The notes under the pieces were generated by a model. That model was not told where the DNA came from, searched no databases, and saw only the letters and a program-made list of their open reading frames with translations. A stretch of DNA of 64,000 nucleotides. Origin: an uncultured Chloroflexia bacterium (GTDB taxonomy: Bacteria > Chloroflexota > Limnocylindria > Limnocylindrales > CSP1-4). Positions 47,860 to 58,667 of the stretch are shown piece by piece. A program made the translations under genes and the position numbers. Numbering within the stretch: position 1 is the stretch's first letter; the number at the start of each line of letters is the position of its first letter. The stretch is from positions 771,463-835,462 of the forward strand of contig CAWEHL010000004.1 of assembly GCA_963808895.1 (NCBI GenBank), in the 5' to 3' direction.

Positions 47860-50576
47860 GCGATCCTCGAGGCGCTCGACCTGGTCGGCGAGCTCGGCCT
47901 CACGCGCGCGAGCACCCTCGACCACGTTCGGTGGCGCCTTGCTGATGAATGCCTCGTTCGCGAGGCGGGCGCGCGCAGCGGCGAGCCAGCCGCGCGCCTC
48001 CTCGAGCTCGCGTTCGAGTCGCGCCCGTTCCGCATCACGACCGGCGACGTCGCCCGCCGCGTCAGCCCGATGGGCGAGTGCCTCGAGCTCGCCGGCGATC
48101 ACGGTCAGCGTCCCGTCACCGGACCCGCTCCCCTGCCCCAGCGCCTCGCGCGACAGCCGGCGCTCGAGCGGGCGTGCCCTTGCCAGCCGCTCGACGGCGG
48201 GCCGGAGCGCCTCGAAGGTCGGACCCATGGCTGCCGGTACCGCGACCTCGGTGGGCAGCCATGTCCTCGCCTCGACCCGCGACTCGGCACGGGCGTTGCG
48301 CAGACCGCGGATGAGCTCGACGATCGACCCGACCTCCGCCTCGACCCTCCCGTCGCGGCCCCTCGGTGCCGGCCAGCGCGCGACGATCAGCAGGCCGGGA
48401 TCGCTGGCGCGATGCGGGAGTGCGCCCCACAGCTCTTCGGTCACGAACGGCATCACCGGATGGAGCAGCCGCAGGTAGGTATCGAGCGCCTCGACCAGCG
48501 CCCACCACGTCGCCTCGCGGGTCGCGGCCGGCAGCGACTCGTCGGCGAGCCGGACCTTGGCGAGCTCGACCCCCCAATCGCAGAACTCGTTCCAGATCGC
48601 GTCGTACAGGAGTCGGGTGACCTCGCCGAAGGCGAAGTCGGCCATCGCCGCATCGACGGCTTCGGTCGTGGCGCTCGCGCGCGAGAGGATCCAGCGTTCG
48701 GCTGGTCCCAGGTCGCTGGCAACAGGAAGGCGGCGTTCCGCATCCTCGGCGATCGTCGCCGGTCGCGCGCCCACGACGAAGCGGGTCGCATTCCAAAGCT
48801 TGTTCGCGAAGTTGCGCGCGTTCTCGAGCTTGGTCCGCCCGAAACGCTGGTCCTGGCCGGCCGCCGCCCCGTGGATCAGCGCGAAGCGCAGGGCGTCGGC
48901 ACCCGTCTCGTCGATGACCGCGAGTGGGTCGAGGACGTTGCCCTTCGTCTTCGACATCTTCTGGCCCTCGGGGTCGCGGATGAGCCCCGAGAGATAGACC
49001 GTGTGGAACGGCTCACGATCGGTCAGATGGAGCCCGAGCATCATCATCCGGGCGACCCAGAAGAAGATGATGTCGTAGCCGGTCTCCATCACCGATGTCG
49101 GGTAGTACGTTCGGAGATCGGGGGTGTCGTCGGGCCAGCCGAGGGTCGAGAACGGCCACAGGCCGGAGCTGAACCAGGTGTCGAAGATGTCGGGGTCCTG
49201 GGTCAGCTCGGCGGCGGGACGGCCACATACCTCGCAGGCGTCGGGCCCGTGCTCCGCGGACGACACCGTCACGTGCCCGTCCGGGCAGTACCAGGCCGGG
49301 ATGCGATGGCCCCACCACAGCTGGCGCGACACGTTCCAGTCGCGGATATCGGTCAGCCAGTGCTCCCAGGTCTTCTCGAACCGTTCCGGGAGGATCCGCG
49401 TCCGCCCTGAGCGCGTGGCGTCCAGCGCCCGATCGGCCAGCGGCCTGGTCCGGATGAACCATTGCGTCTTGAGCCGGGGCTCGAGCACGTCGTTGCTGCG
49501 CTGGCAGCGGCCGATGATCATCTCGTGCGGCTTCTGATCCGACGAGGTCGCCGCGGGCGGCGAGCTCCGCCACGATCATCTCGCGGGCCTCGTAGCGGTC
49601 GATACCGTCGAACCGGGTCCCGGTGTTCGCGACCGTCGCATCGTCCGCGAGGACCGTCGGCATCGGCAGGCCGTGACGCTTGCCGGTGGCGTAGTCGTCC
49701 TGGTCGTGCGCAGGGGTGATCTTCACGGCGCCGGTCCCGAACGCGCGGTCGACGACGTCGTCGGCGATGATCGGCACGTCGCGCTCGACGAACGGGATGC
49801 GCGCCCGTCGGCCGACGAGCGAGCGATACCTAGGGTCGTCGGGGTGCACCGCGACCGCGACGTCGCCGAGGATCGTCTCGGGGCGGGTCGTCGCGACCGT
49901 GATCGTCTCTGTCTCGCTGGGCTGGCCGGTCGCCTCGTCGATGAGGTGGTAGCGGACCGACCAGAGCGTCCCGGTCTCCGGGGTCGGCACGACCTCGAGG
50001 TCGCTCACGCTCGTCACGGCAGCCCGGGCACCAGTTGATCAGCGCCTCGGTGCGGTAGGCGAGGCCGTCGCGGTACAGCCGCTCGAAGGCAACGCGGACC
50101 GCCTTGGCCGAGCCCTCGTCCATCGTGTAGCGCAACCGGCCCCAATCTGCGGAGGCACCCACGCGACGCTGCTGCCCGAGCATCACCGGCCTGGTCGAGT
50201 CGGAGAACGCTCGCATCCGCTCGAGGTAGCGCTCGCGCCCGAGCGACTGACGGCTCTCGCCCTCCTTCGCGATGATCCCGTCGAGCACGAACTGCGCCGC
50301 GATGCTCGCGTGATCGAGCCCCGGCAGGAAGAGGGTCGGGTGGCCGCGCATCCGGGCATGCCGGATCAGGAGGTCCTCGACGGCTGTTCGCTGGGCGTGG
50401 CCGAGGTGCAGCGAGCCCGTGACGTTGGGAGGCGGCTGGATGATCGTGAACGGGGGCAGGCTCGGATCGGCGGTCGAGCCCGCGCCATCGGGTGCGAACA
50501 CGTCGGCCGCCAGCCAGCGCTCGTAGATCGCGCCCTCGACGTCGTGCGGGGTATAGGCCTTCGGCAACGCTGGCAT
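47839..50576 (-). pseudogene. valS: valine--tRNA ligase, two frameshifts (about 50020 and about 49530)
   Basis: The gene spans three track ORFs: PPNVTGSLHLGHA (HIGH motif) ...INWCPGC | TSVSDLEVV...TTRPETILGDVAV...AVKITPAHD | ...WWGHRIPAWYC...MSKTKGNV (KMSKS motif) ...C-terminal coiled coil. The ATG is at 50576. Confidence 0.92.
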
Positions 50577-50579
50577 GAA

Positions 50580-50850
50580 ACCCGTGGATGCTCCCAAGAA
50601 GAACGATGCCCGCCCGTCCAGCGGACGAGCGGGTCGTGGTACCACCTGCTGGTTCGGCGACCGGGGCCCTGGCGCTCATCGCGCCCGGCCTGTCCGGTGC
50701 CCTCTCGACGCGCTATCGGGCGTCAGCCGTCCGGCTCGCGAGTGACGTTCACGTCGATCGTGCCGCGCGGCTCGCACCGTCCCGCGCTCGCTCGGGGCCG
50801 TCCCGACGCTACTCCTCTCGGTCCTCGCCGTGAGGGCGGGAGTGTAGCAC
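50580..50850 (-). promoter_or_regulatory. T-box riboswitch leader of valS (candidate GUC valine specifier)
   Basis: On the reverse strand, the T-box motif AACCAGCAGGUGGUACCACG lies at 50654..50635. A hairpin CCCGCUCGUCC-gcug-GGACGGGCGGG follows at 50633..50609, then UUCUUCUU and the GGGAG RBS. Upstream are stem-I-like elements (GAGAGGAGUAGC, GGUGCGAGCC) and GAA-c-GUC-A in the specifier position. Confidence 0.65.
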
Positions 50851-50995
50851 GGGCCCTATCCTGTTCCCGGCCGGCGACGCCCCAAGACTCGTCGTCGGGG
50901 TCGACATCGGTCAGATGACCGATGCAAGCGCGGTCGCGCGGACGCAACCTTGTCCCGAGCGGTCACCGAGGCCGCATCCCGAGGAGGAGATCGAT

Positions 50996-51244
50996 ATGCC
51001 GAAGTTCATGGATGTCCATGACGGGTTCTTCGGTGTGACCGCCCAGCAGCTGGCGGAAGCGCACCAGCGCGACCTCGATACTGAGGGCGAGGACGGCGTC
51101 CATTACGAGCACGCCTGGCTGGATCCGGAGGCCGGCAAGGTCTTCTGCCTTGCGACCGGCCCGTCGAAGGAGGCGGTCATGCGCGTGCACGAGCGGGCGG
51201 GCCATCCGACGCCGCAGGTCTACGAGGTGCCGATCGAGGTCTGA
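50996..51244 (+). CDS. DUF4242 family protein (SCO4226-like small metal-binding fold)
   Basis: A GAGGAGGA RBS precedes MPKFMDVHDGFFGVTAQQLAEAHQRDLDTEGEDGVHYEHAWLDPEAGKVFCLATGPSKEAVMRVHERAGHP. Confidence 0.7.
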   Translation: MPKFMDVHDGFFGVTAQQLAEAHQRDLDTEGEDGVHYEHAWLDPEAGKVFCLATGPSKEAVMRVHERAGHPTPQVYEVPIEV

Positions 51245-51255
51245 AACCTCGTCGT

Positions 51256-51272
51256 GATGGCGGCGCGCCATC
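51256..51272. terminator. 7-bp hairpin (GATGGCG-gcg-CGCCATC) between the convergent DUF4242 and clpX genes; no U-tract
   Basis: Read directly from the sequence. It lies in the 47-nt gap between the two stop codons. Confidence 0.35.
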
Positions 51273-51291
51273 GGGCGCGCCGCGTGGTCCG

Positions 51292-52602
<1,311 letters not shown>

Positions 52603-52621
52603 GTGATCTGGTCCTTGCTCC

Positions 52622-53311
52622 CTATCCTGCCGGCTCGCTCTTCGAGCGCTTCGGCTCCGGTGGCTTCTCGGCTTCGTCCGATTCGGTCGCTTCCGCGACC
52701 TTCTCGTCGTGGTGCTGCGCGGTCAGAGAATCCCACTGTTCCGAGTAGACCGCATCGATGATGCCATAGTCCTTCGCATCCTCGGGAGCCATGAAGAGGT
52801 CCCTATTGGTGTCTTGACGCACCTTCTCCACCGGCTGCGAGGTGTGCCGGGCAAGGATCTCGATGTTCCGATTGACCAGGAACTCCCATTCCTTCATCTG
52901 GATGACGGCGTCCGGCGCGTTGCCGCGGAACCCGCCGGAGCCCTGGTGGATCATGATCCGGCTGTTCGGCAGGGCGTAGCGCTTGCCCTTCGCGCCGGCC
53001 GCCAGCAGCACCGCTGCCATGGACGCGGCCATGCCGATGCAGATCGTGCTTACCGGAGCGCGCAGGTACTGCATCGTGTCGTAGATCGCCAGCCCCGAGT
53101 TGACCACGCCGCCGGGCGAGTTGATGTACAGGCTGATGTCCTTCTCGGGATCCTCGGAGTCGAGGAACAGGAGCTGGGCGATCACCAGGTTGGCGAGGTG
53201 GTCCTCGATCGCGTCGCCCAGGAAGATGATCCGCTCGCGGAGCAGGCGGGAGTAGATGTCGTAGGCACGTTCCCCCCGGCTGGAGGACTCGATGACCATC
53301 GGGACGAGCAT
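52622..53311 (-). CDS. clpP: ATP-dependent Clp protease proteolytic subunit ClpP, with a charged C-terminal tail of about 30 aa
   Basis: ATG at 53311 gives [32 protein letters not shown]...YINSPGGVV...[13 protein letters not shown]...MIHQGSGG (Ser-His-Asp family motifs). Confidence 0.93.
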   Translation of the reverse strand: MLVPMVIESSSRGERAYDIYSRLLRERIIFLGDAIEDHLANLVIAQLLFLDSEDPEKDISLYINSPGGVVNSGLAIYDTMQYLRAPVSTICIGMAASMAAVLLAAGAKGKRYALPNSRIMIHQGSGGFRGNAPDAVIQMKEWEFLVNRNIEILARHTSQPVEKVRQDTNRDLFMAPEDAKDYGIIDAVYSEQWDSLTAQHHDEKVAEATESDEAEKPPEPKRSKSEPAG

Positions 53312-53393
53312 GTGGCGGCTCCTGGCGGTTCCGTGTGGCGGTGGTGACTGGTCTTGGGTGATGACGTCGGGATCGAGTGAAGGACGACGGGCG

Positions 53394-54839
53394 TCAGCCC
53401 GCAGCAGCGGGTTCGTCGACGGCGGCGCGAACCGCGTCATCGATCACGGTACCCGGGTCCGTCGCATCGATGGCGGCGTTCGCGTGCGCGGTCTCGTCGC
53501 TGACCGCCGACGCCTCGATGTCCTCGAGGTGCGGTAGCGGCGGGTGCTCGGGATGCTCGGCGAGCCATCCGTCGATCAGCCCCTCGACGACGCGGCTTCG
53601 GCGCATCGTGCTGCGGATGAACGACCGGCCGCGGTCGGACTCGAAGTACGAGGCGAGCCGAGCATCACCGGCATACCGCTCGCGGCCCTGGGCGACCTCG
53701 GCCTCGACATCCGCCTCGGGCACCTCGACGCCCTCGGCGTCGGCCACCTTGGACAGGACGAGCAGCGTCTTGGCGCGCTTCTCCGCGTTCGGCCGGAAGT
53801 CGGCGTGGAGGTCCTCGCTGGTCTTCTCGACCGCCTTGAGGTAGGCCTCCTCACTGATGCCCTGGCGGGCGAGCGAGCCCCGGAACTCGTCGTGCATCAC
53901 CTCGACCTCCTGGTCGATCAGCACTTCGGGCAGCTCGACGGTGGCGTTGGCGACGGCGTATTCGATGATCCGATCGGCGAATTGATGGCGAGCGCGGTCG
54001 ATGGCGTTCGACTCCAGACGGCGGCTGATGTCCGAGCGCAGCGCGTCGAGCGAATCGAAGTCGCCGAGGCTCGCGACGAAGTCGTCGTCCAGGTCGGGCA
54101 GGATCTTCTCGCGAAGCTCCTTGAGCTCGGCGCTGAAGTGCGCCGGCTGGCCGGCCAGACTGGCCTCCGGGTAGTCGTCGGGGAACGTGACGTCGAACTC
54201 GGTCGTGTCGCCGACCTTGAGCCCGACGAGGTTCGTCTCGAAGCCCGGGATGAGCCGCTCCTGGCCGAGGATCAGCGGCATCCGTTCGGACGTCCCGCCC
54301 TCGAACGGCTGGCCGTCCTTCGTGCCGACGAACGAGATGACGGCATAGTCGCCGTCCTTCGCACCGCGATCCTCGACCGCGGCGAGGGTCGCGTTCTGGT
54401 CGCGCAGCTCCTCGACGACTTGGTCGACACGCGGCGCATCGATCGTCTCGATGTCGGGCTTGAAGTTGAAGTTCTTGTAGTCGCCGAGCGTGACCTCCGG
54501 GCGGACGGGGACCGTCGCCTTGAAGATGAGCGGCTTGCCCTCTTCGGCCTGGACGACCTCGACGTCGGCGTTCGAGAGCGGAAGGATGCCCTCTTCGACG
54601 AGCGCCTCGCGATAGGCGTCCTGCATCAGGTGGTCGACGGCCTCATCGAGGACGACGCCCGGTCCGAGGTGACGCTCGAGGACGGGACGTGGCGCCTTGC
54701 CGGGTCGGAAGCCAGGGATCCGCGTCCGGCGCGCCAGGGTGCGGACGGCGAGGTCGACGGCACGGTCGAGGCGGTCGGGGGGGAGCTCGATCTGGAGCTG
54801 GACGGTCGACTTGGGAGCTGGGGTGCGCGTGATCTGCAT
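53394..54839 (-). CDS. tig: trigger factor
   Basis: Intact 481-aa ORF with the ribosome-binding signature [15 protein letters not shown], a central FKBP-like region ([13 protein letters not shown]) and a helical C-terminal domain. Confidence 0.93.
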   Translation of the reverse strand: MQITRTPAPKSTVQLQIELPPDRLDRAVDLAVRTLARRTRIPGFRPGKAPRPVLERHLGPGVVLDEAVDHLMQDAYREALVEEGILPLSNADVEVVQAEEGKPLIFKATVPVRPEVTLGDYKNFNFKPDIETIDAPRVDQVVEELRDQNATLAAVEDRGAKDGDYAVISFVGTKDGQPFEGGTSERMPLILGQERLIPGFETNLVGLKVGDTTEFDVTFPDDYPEASLAGQPAHFSAELKELREKILPDLDDDFVASLGDFDSLDALRSDISRRLESNAIDRARHQFADRIIEYAVANATVELPEVLIDQEVEVMHDEFRGSLARQGISEEAYLKAVEKTSEDLHADFRPNAEKRAKTLLVLSKVADAEGVEVPEADVEAEVAQGRERYAGDARLASYFESDRGRSFIRSTMRRSRVVEGLIDGWLAEHPEHPPLPHLEDIEASAVSDETAHANAAIDATDPGTVIDDAVRAAVDEPAAAG

Positions 54840-54910
54840 CGGACGGGAAGTATAGGGCGGGGTCCCGGAGCGGGCGGCGATGGGGCTGCCCGGGTCCCCG
54901 AGTCGATCGG

Positions 54911-56278
54911 CTAGTTTCCGGCTAACGCCTTGCGCCGGACGCGCGGTTCGCTGACCTCCGTGAGTTCCACCGCGTTCGGGTCCGCTCGCACGCGTCTTCC
55001 GTAGACGGCTGCCAGCGGTTTCGCCGTCACGCCGTGGAGGATGACCGAGCCGAGGATCGTCAGCGTGACGACGTCGAGCAGCGATCGTGCGATTGGCGTC
55101 CGGGCTAGCTCGTGCAGGGCGATGAGGGAGAACACGACAGAGGCGAGCCCGCGCGGACCGAACCAGCCGATGAACGCGACGGTGTCGGCTCGCAGGTGCA
55201 TCCCCCTGAGCGCCATCGCGACCGGAAGGACCCGGATGACGGTGAGGCTCAGGACCGCGTAGACGACCGCCTCGATGGCCGGCGTGCGCGTCAGGACGGG
55301 ACCGACGGCGAGCGCCCCGAAGATCGCCCAGACGACGAACGAGGCGAACATGCCGACCGTCTCGGTGAACTCGACCGCCTGGCGCGTAGCGGCCTCCATG
55401 GCGTCACCCGGTTGCCCATCGCGCGCGCTCGATACCGCGGCGAACAGCAGGCCTCCCGCGAACGCAGCGACGAAGCCGTTCCCGCCGATCGCCACGGCCC
55501 CCGTGTACGAGAGCAGCGCCAGCGAGAGGACGGCCAGCTCCTCGGAGATGGGTGTGGTCCACGACCGTGCCCGGGCCGCGGCGAAGGCAAGCCCGCCAGC
55601 GCCTCCGACGACGACCGCGGCCACGATGGCGAGGCCGATCTCGAGCGCCGCGCCGACCGCCCACGACCCCGTGCGAACCGACTCCTCGGTCGCCACGATC
55701 GTGAGGAAGAGCGTGACGAATGGCGTCGCGATGCCGTCGTTCAAGCCGCTCTCGACGTTGAGTGCTCGCCGGATCCGGACGGGCACGGCGCGATCCGCGA
55801 CGACGGCGAGACCGAGCGCGGCGTCGGTCGGTGCCAGGATCGTCGCGATCAGCGCGGCGACGGCCCAGGGGACGCCGAGGATCGGCGCGGCGAGGACCGT
55901 GCCGAGCGCCATCGTCAGCGGCAGGCCGATGCCGAGGAGCCGACCGGGCAGCGCGACGTCCTCCCGGAGTCGGCCGAAGCGGACCGTCGCGGCGTCGGCG
56001 AACAGGAGGATCCCGAGGGTCAGCTCCGTGAGCCGCAACAGGCTCTCGTCCTCGCCGCCCGCGTCGAGCAGACCGAGGCCGCTGGGACCGAAGACGAATC
56101 CCGTCGCCACGAAGACGATCGGCGCAGAGATCCAGGCGCGCTCGAGCCGTGCCGCCGTCAGCGCATACGCAGCGAAAGCGCCGATCAGGATGATCGCGCC
56201 GGTCAGGTCAGCACTCCACGGGATGGCCCCTCGCCGTTCCGTCGATAGTGGTAGGCGAGAGAGGGGTCGAACCTCCAC
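54911..56278 (-). CDS. cation:proton antiporter (Na+/H+ exchanger, CPA1-like)
   Basis: Intact polytopic 455-aa ORF: ILLFADAATV, ILAPTDAALG, NVESGLNDGIATPF, FIGWFGPRGLASVVF. The GTG start at 56278 is uncertain. Confidence 0.8.
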   Translation of the reverse strand: MEVRPLSRLPLSTERRGAIPWSADLTGAIILIGAFAAYALTAARLERAWISAPIVFVATGFVFGPSGLGLLDAGGEDESLLRLTELTLGILLFADAATVRFGRLREDVALPGRLLGIGLPLTMALGTVLAAPILGVPWAVAALIATILAPTDAALGLAVVADRAVPVRIRRALNVESGLNDGIATPFVTLFLTIVATEESVRTGSWAVGAALEIGLAIVAAVVVGGAGGLAFAAARARSWTTPISEELAVLSLALLSYTGAVAIGGNGFVAAFAGGLLFAAVSSARDGQPGDAMEAATRQAVEFTETVGMFASFVVWAIFGALAVGPVLTRTPAIEAVVYAVLSLTVIRVLPVAMALRGMHLRADTVAFIGWFGPRGLASVVFSLIALHELARTPIARSLLDVVTLTILGSVILHGVTAKPLAAVYGRRVRADPNAVELTEVSEPRVRRKALAGN

Positions 56279-56363
56279 GCCGCTTGCGCGGCACCGGCTC
56301 CTAAGGCCGGCGCGTCTGCCATTCCGCCACTCGCCCAGGCCGGGCGAGTGTAGACGCTCCCGA

Positions 56364-57044
56364 TCACGCTGACGACAGGTCCGTCGTGCGCAGCCGGACG
56401 AGTCGATTCAGCAGGACCTGGACCGGCGCGATCAGCAGCCACATCAGCTCGACGCCCGTCGTTCCGACGACGGGCAGGAACAGCAGCGACCCGAGCAGCA
56501 CGACGGGGACCGCGAACCCGCGTATGGCGCTGAGGCGCGCGTACAGCGGCGATACGGTCGGGATAGCAAGCCCCGACCGCCATGCATATAGCCACGTCAG
56601 CGGTCCGGCGATACCGGCGGCCGACAGGGCGAGTGCATAGATGATGACGACCGACACGTGATCGCCCTGCTCGCCGATCAGCGCGGTCGGAAACGGGATG
56701 AAGGCGACCAGACCGAGCAGCAAGAGGTTCAGGCCGACCAGACGTTCGTTCACCCTGGCGATGAAGCGCCATCGTCGCCAGTGGGACAGCCAATACAGAC
56801 CGATGGTGGCGAAGCTCAGGACGTAGGCGAAGATCGATGGCAACGTCGCGCGCAGTGCGGCCACGATATCGGCGTCGGTCGGGTGGTCGGGGAGTGCCGG
56901 GAGGCGCACCTCGATGATCAGCAGCGTGATCGCGATCGCGAAGACCGCGTCGGAGAAGAAGATCAGGCGCTCGAACCCGAGATCGTGATCGATGTCGGGC
57001 GGTTCGCCCTCGGGTCGCCCGTATGAGCCCGCCTGTCGCGTCAC
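56364..57044 (-). CDS. TMEM175/DUF1211-family (putative K+ channel) membrane protein
   Basis: FERLIFFSDAVFAIAITLLIIEVRLP is the RxxxFSD signature helix. It is followed by 5 more TM segments. The GTG start at 57044 is inferred. Confidence 0.75.
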   Translation of the reverse strand: MTRQAGSYGRPEGEPPDIDHDLGFERLIFFSDAVFAIAITLLIIEVRLPALPDHPTDADIVAALRATLPSIFAYVLSFATIGLYWLSHWRRWRFIARVNERLVGLNLLLLGLVAFIPFPTALIGEQGDHVSVVIIYALALSAAGIAGPLTWLYAWRSGLAIPTVSPLYARLSAIRGFAVPVVLLGSLLFLPVVGTTGVELMWLLIAPVQVLLNRLVRLRTTDLSSA

Positions 57045-57075
57045 GCTAGGGTGTCCCGCCTGATCATCCGGGTCG

Positions 57076-57765
57076 TCACACCCCGGTCGGTGGCTCCTCC
57101 GCGGTCGTGCCCTCACCGCGAGCCCGGTCCACCCGTTCCTTGGCCGCGTCGGCTGTCCGGTCGACCTGATCCTTCGCCGCGCTCGCGGCACGTTCTGCCG
57201 ATCCGCGCGCCTCCTCGGCGCGGGCAGCCGCCTCCGCCCGGAGTTCCCCTGCCCTGCTGCCGACCTGGCTCCAGATCTCGCCCATCCGCGTCGCAGGCTG
57301 GTCGGATGGCGGTGCCGTGAGGTACTCGGCGGTCCGGCGCGCTGCGGCGCCGATGACCGGCCGAGCGGCGGCGAGCAACAGCACGGTCGGGATGGCCCGC
57401 CGGTCACGCTGGCGCTGCTTCACGTAATCGGCGAAGTCCCGTTCGATGGTCCCGCGGACCTTGTCGCCGTCCTTGCCGAGCTTGTCGAGTGTCTTCTCGA
57501 TCTCCTTCGGCAACATGCGATCGGGCATCGGGCGGCGCCGTCCGAATACCTTCGAGCGGAAGGCGCCCCATACCCGCTGCGGACCGCGCATCACGATGAA
57601 CGCGATGCCGCCGGCGATGGCAGCGGCCTTCGCCGGACTGCGGCGGACCTTCGCCGGGATGTCGACCGCCTCACGCGCGGACGCGCCGAGCCCGGTCAAC
57701 TCGGCGTCGAATTCCGCCCGAGCGGCTAGGACCCGGTCCCGGGCGGCATCTTGCTCTGCAGCCAC
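57076..57765 (-). CDS. hypothetical protein (single TM helix, Ala/Arg/Glu-rich helical C-terminus; DUF3618-like by pattern memory)
   Basis: VLAARAEFDAELTGLG...PAKAAAIAGGIAFIVMRG...C-terminal AAARAEEARGSAERAASAAKDQVDRTADAAKERVDRA. The start is uncertain: the candidate GTG at 57765 overlaps the upstream gene by 40 nt. Confidence 0.45.
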   Translation of the reverse strand: MAAEQDAARDRVLAARAEFDAELTGLGASAREAVDIPAKVRRSPAKAAAIAGGIAFIVMRGPQRVWGAFRSKVFGRRRPMPDRMLPKEIEKTLDKLGKDGDKVRGTIERDFADYVKQRQRDRRAIPTVLLLAAARPVIGAAARRTAEYLTAPPSDQPATRMGEIWSQVGSRAGELRAEAAARAEEARGSAERAASAAKDQVDRTADAAKERVDRARGEGTTAEEPPTGV

Positions 57766-58571
57766 GCGAGCGTCTCCTTGCTGGTCTCGATGGTCTGGGT
57801 CGGCGTGAAGCGGGCCTTCAGCTCGTCGATGTCGATGCCGGTCCGTGCGACGTCCGCGACCATGAAGGCGATCCACATGGCATAGCCGACAGCGATACCG
57901 ATCCCCGCTCCAACCTGGTAGCCAGGGGTCGTCGCGGAGATGGCACCGATCGCGACGCCGGCCACGAGGCCGGCGACGACCGCGCCGGGACCGGCTCCTC
58001 GGAGGGCCGCGACGATGCCGACGATGAGCCCGACGACGCCGATGACGATGATCCCCACGACGAGCGGACGGACCCCTGGCTCGATCCCGGGCAGGGTCGA
58101 TGTGCCGATCGTCGTGTACGCCAGGTTCGGCAGCCCGAAGGCCATGAGGATGCCCACGAGAAGGCCGATCAGCAGCGCGACCAGGAACGCTCGCCCGATC
58201 CGCCCCGCGCTGACGCCGACCGCGGCGAGGGAGCAGGCGACGGCGATCGCGATGAACAGCAGCACCCCGTGGAGCACGCCCCAGCCGATCGAGCCGAGGA
58301 TCCATTCACCGAGGAACAGCGAGGTCCCGATCACCGCCAGGATGACCGCGAAGATGACGACCGCGATCGCGATCCCGACGTAGGCCGCGACCTTCTGGAC
58401 CTCGCCCGCGATCGCAGCGGCCTCGGCCTTGGCAAGATCGATGTGTGCCTGGGCGAGCCGGAACGCGGCGTCGCGTGTCGAGCGGATCGACGTACGCAGG
58501 CCTGGGGGTGGCAAGGGCCGGTTGGGTCGGTCGTCCAGGATGCTGCTCCAGCTCGGGGATGGGGCGGTCAC
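57726..58571 (-). CDS. polytopic membrane protein with a Holin-X (holin superfamily III)-like N-terminal region
   Basis: Intact 281-aa ORF: RDAAFRLAQAHIDLAKAEAAAIAGEVQKVAAYVGIAIAVVIFAVILAVIG, plus several further Gly/Ile/Val-rich TM helices. Confidence 0.55.
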   Translation of the reverse strand: MTAPSPSWSSILDDRPNRPLPPPGLRTSIRSTRDAAFRLAQAHIDLAKAEAAAIAGEVQKVAAYVGIAIAVVIFAVILAVIGTSLFLGEWILGSIGWGVLHGVLLFIAIAVACSLAAVGVSAGRIGRAFLVALLIGLLVGILMAFGLPNLAYTTIGTSTLPGIEPGVRPLVVGIIVIGVVGLIVGIVAALRGAGPGAVVAGLVAGVAIGAISATTPGYQVGAGIGIAVGYAMWIAFMVADVARTGIDIDELKARFTPTQTIETSKETLAWLQSKMPPGTGS

Positions 58572-58667
58572 GAGCGGGACCGGGCGTTCGCGATGATAGC
58601 AGCGTGCCGGCTCGCGCCCGACCTCCGGAGCGCCTTGTCGGCCTCGCGGGACCGTTACGCTGCGGGC

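Noticed and set aside
448-50030. Programmed ribosomal frameshifting or selenocysteine-type recoding as the explanation for the interrupted genes.
   Set aside because: There are far too many events, in unrelated genes, in both +1 and -1 directions. I could not see slippery heptamers or conserved stimulatory structures at the junctions I reconstructed. The events occur in blocks along the contig rather than by gene family.
57726-58571. Prophage or lysis cassette, suggested by the Holin-X-like label.
   Set aside because: No endolysin, terminase, capsid, tail or integrase genes lie anywhere nearby. The neighbours are ion transporters and cinA. This family is widespread as a chromosomal stress-type membrane protein.
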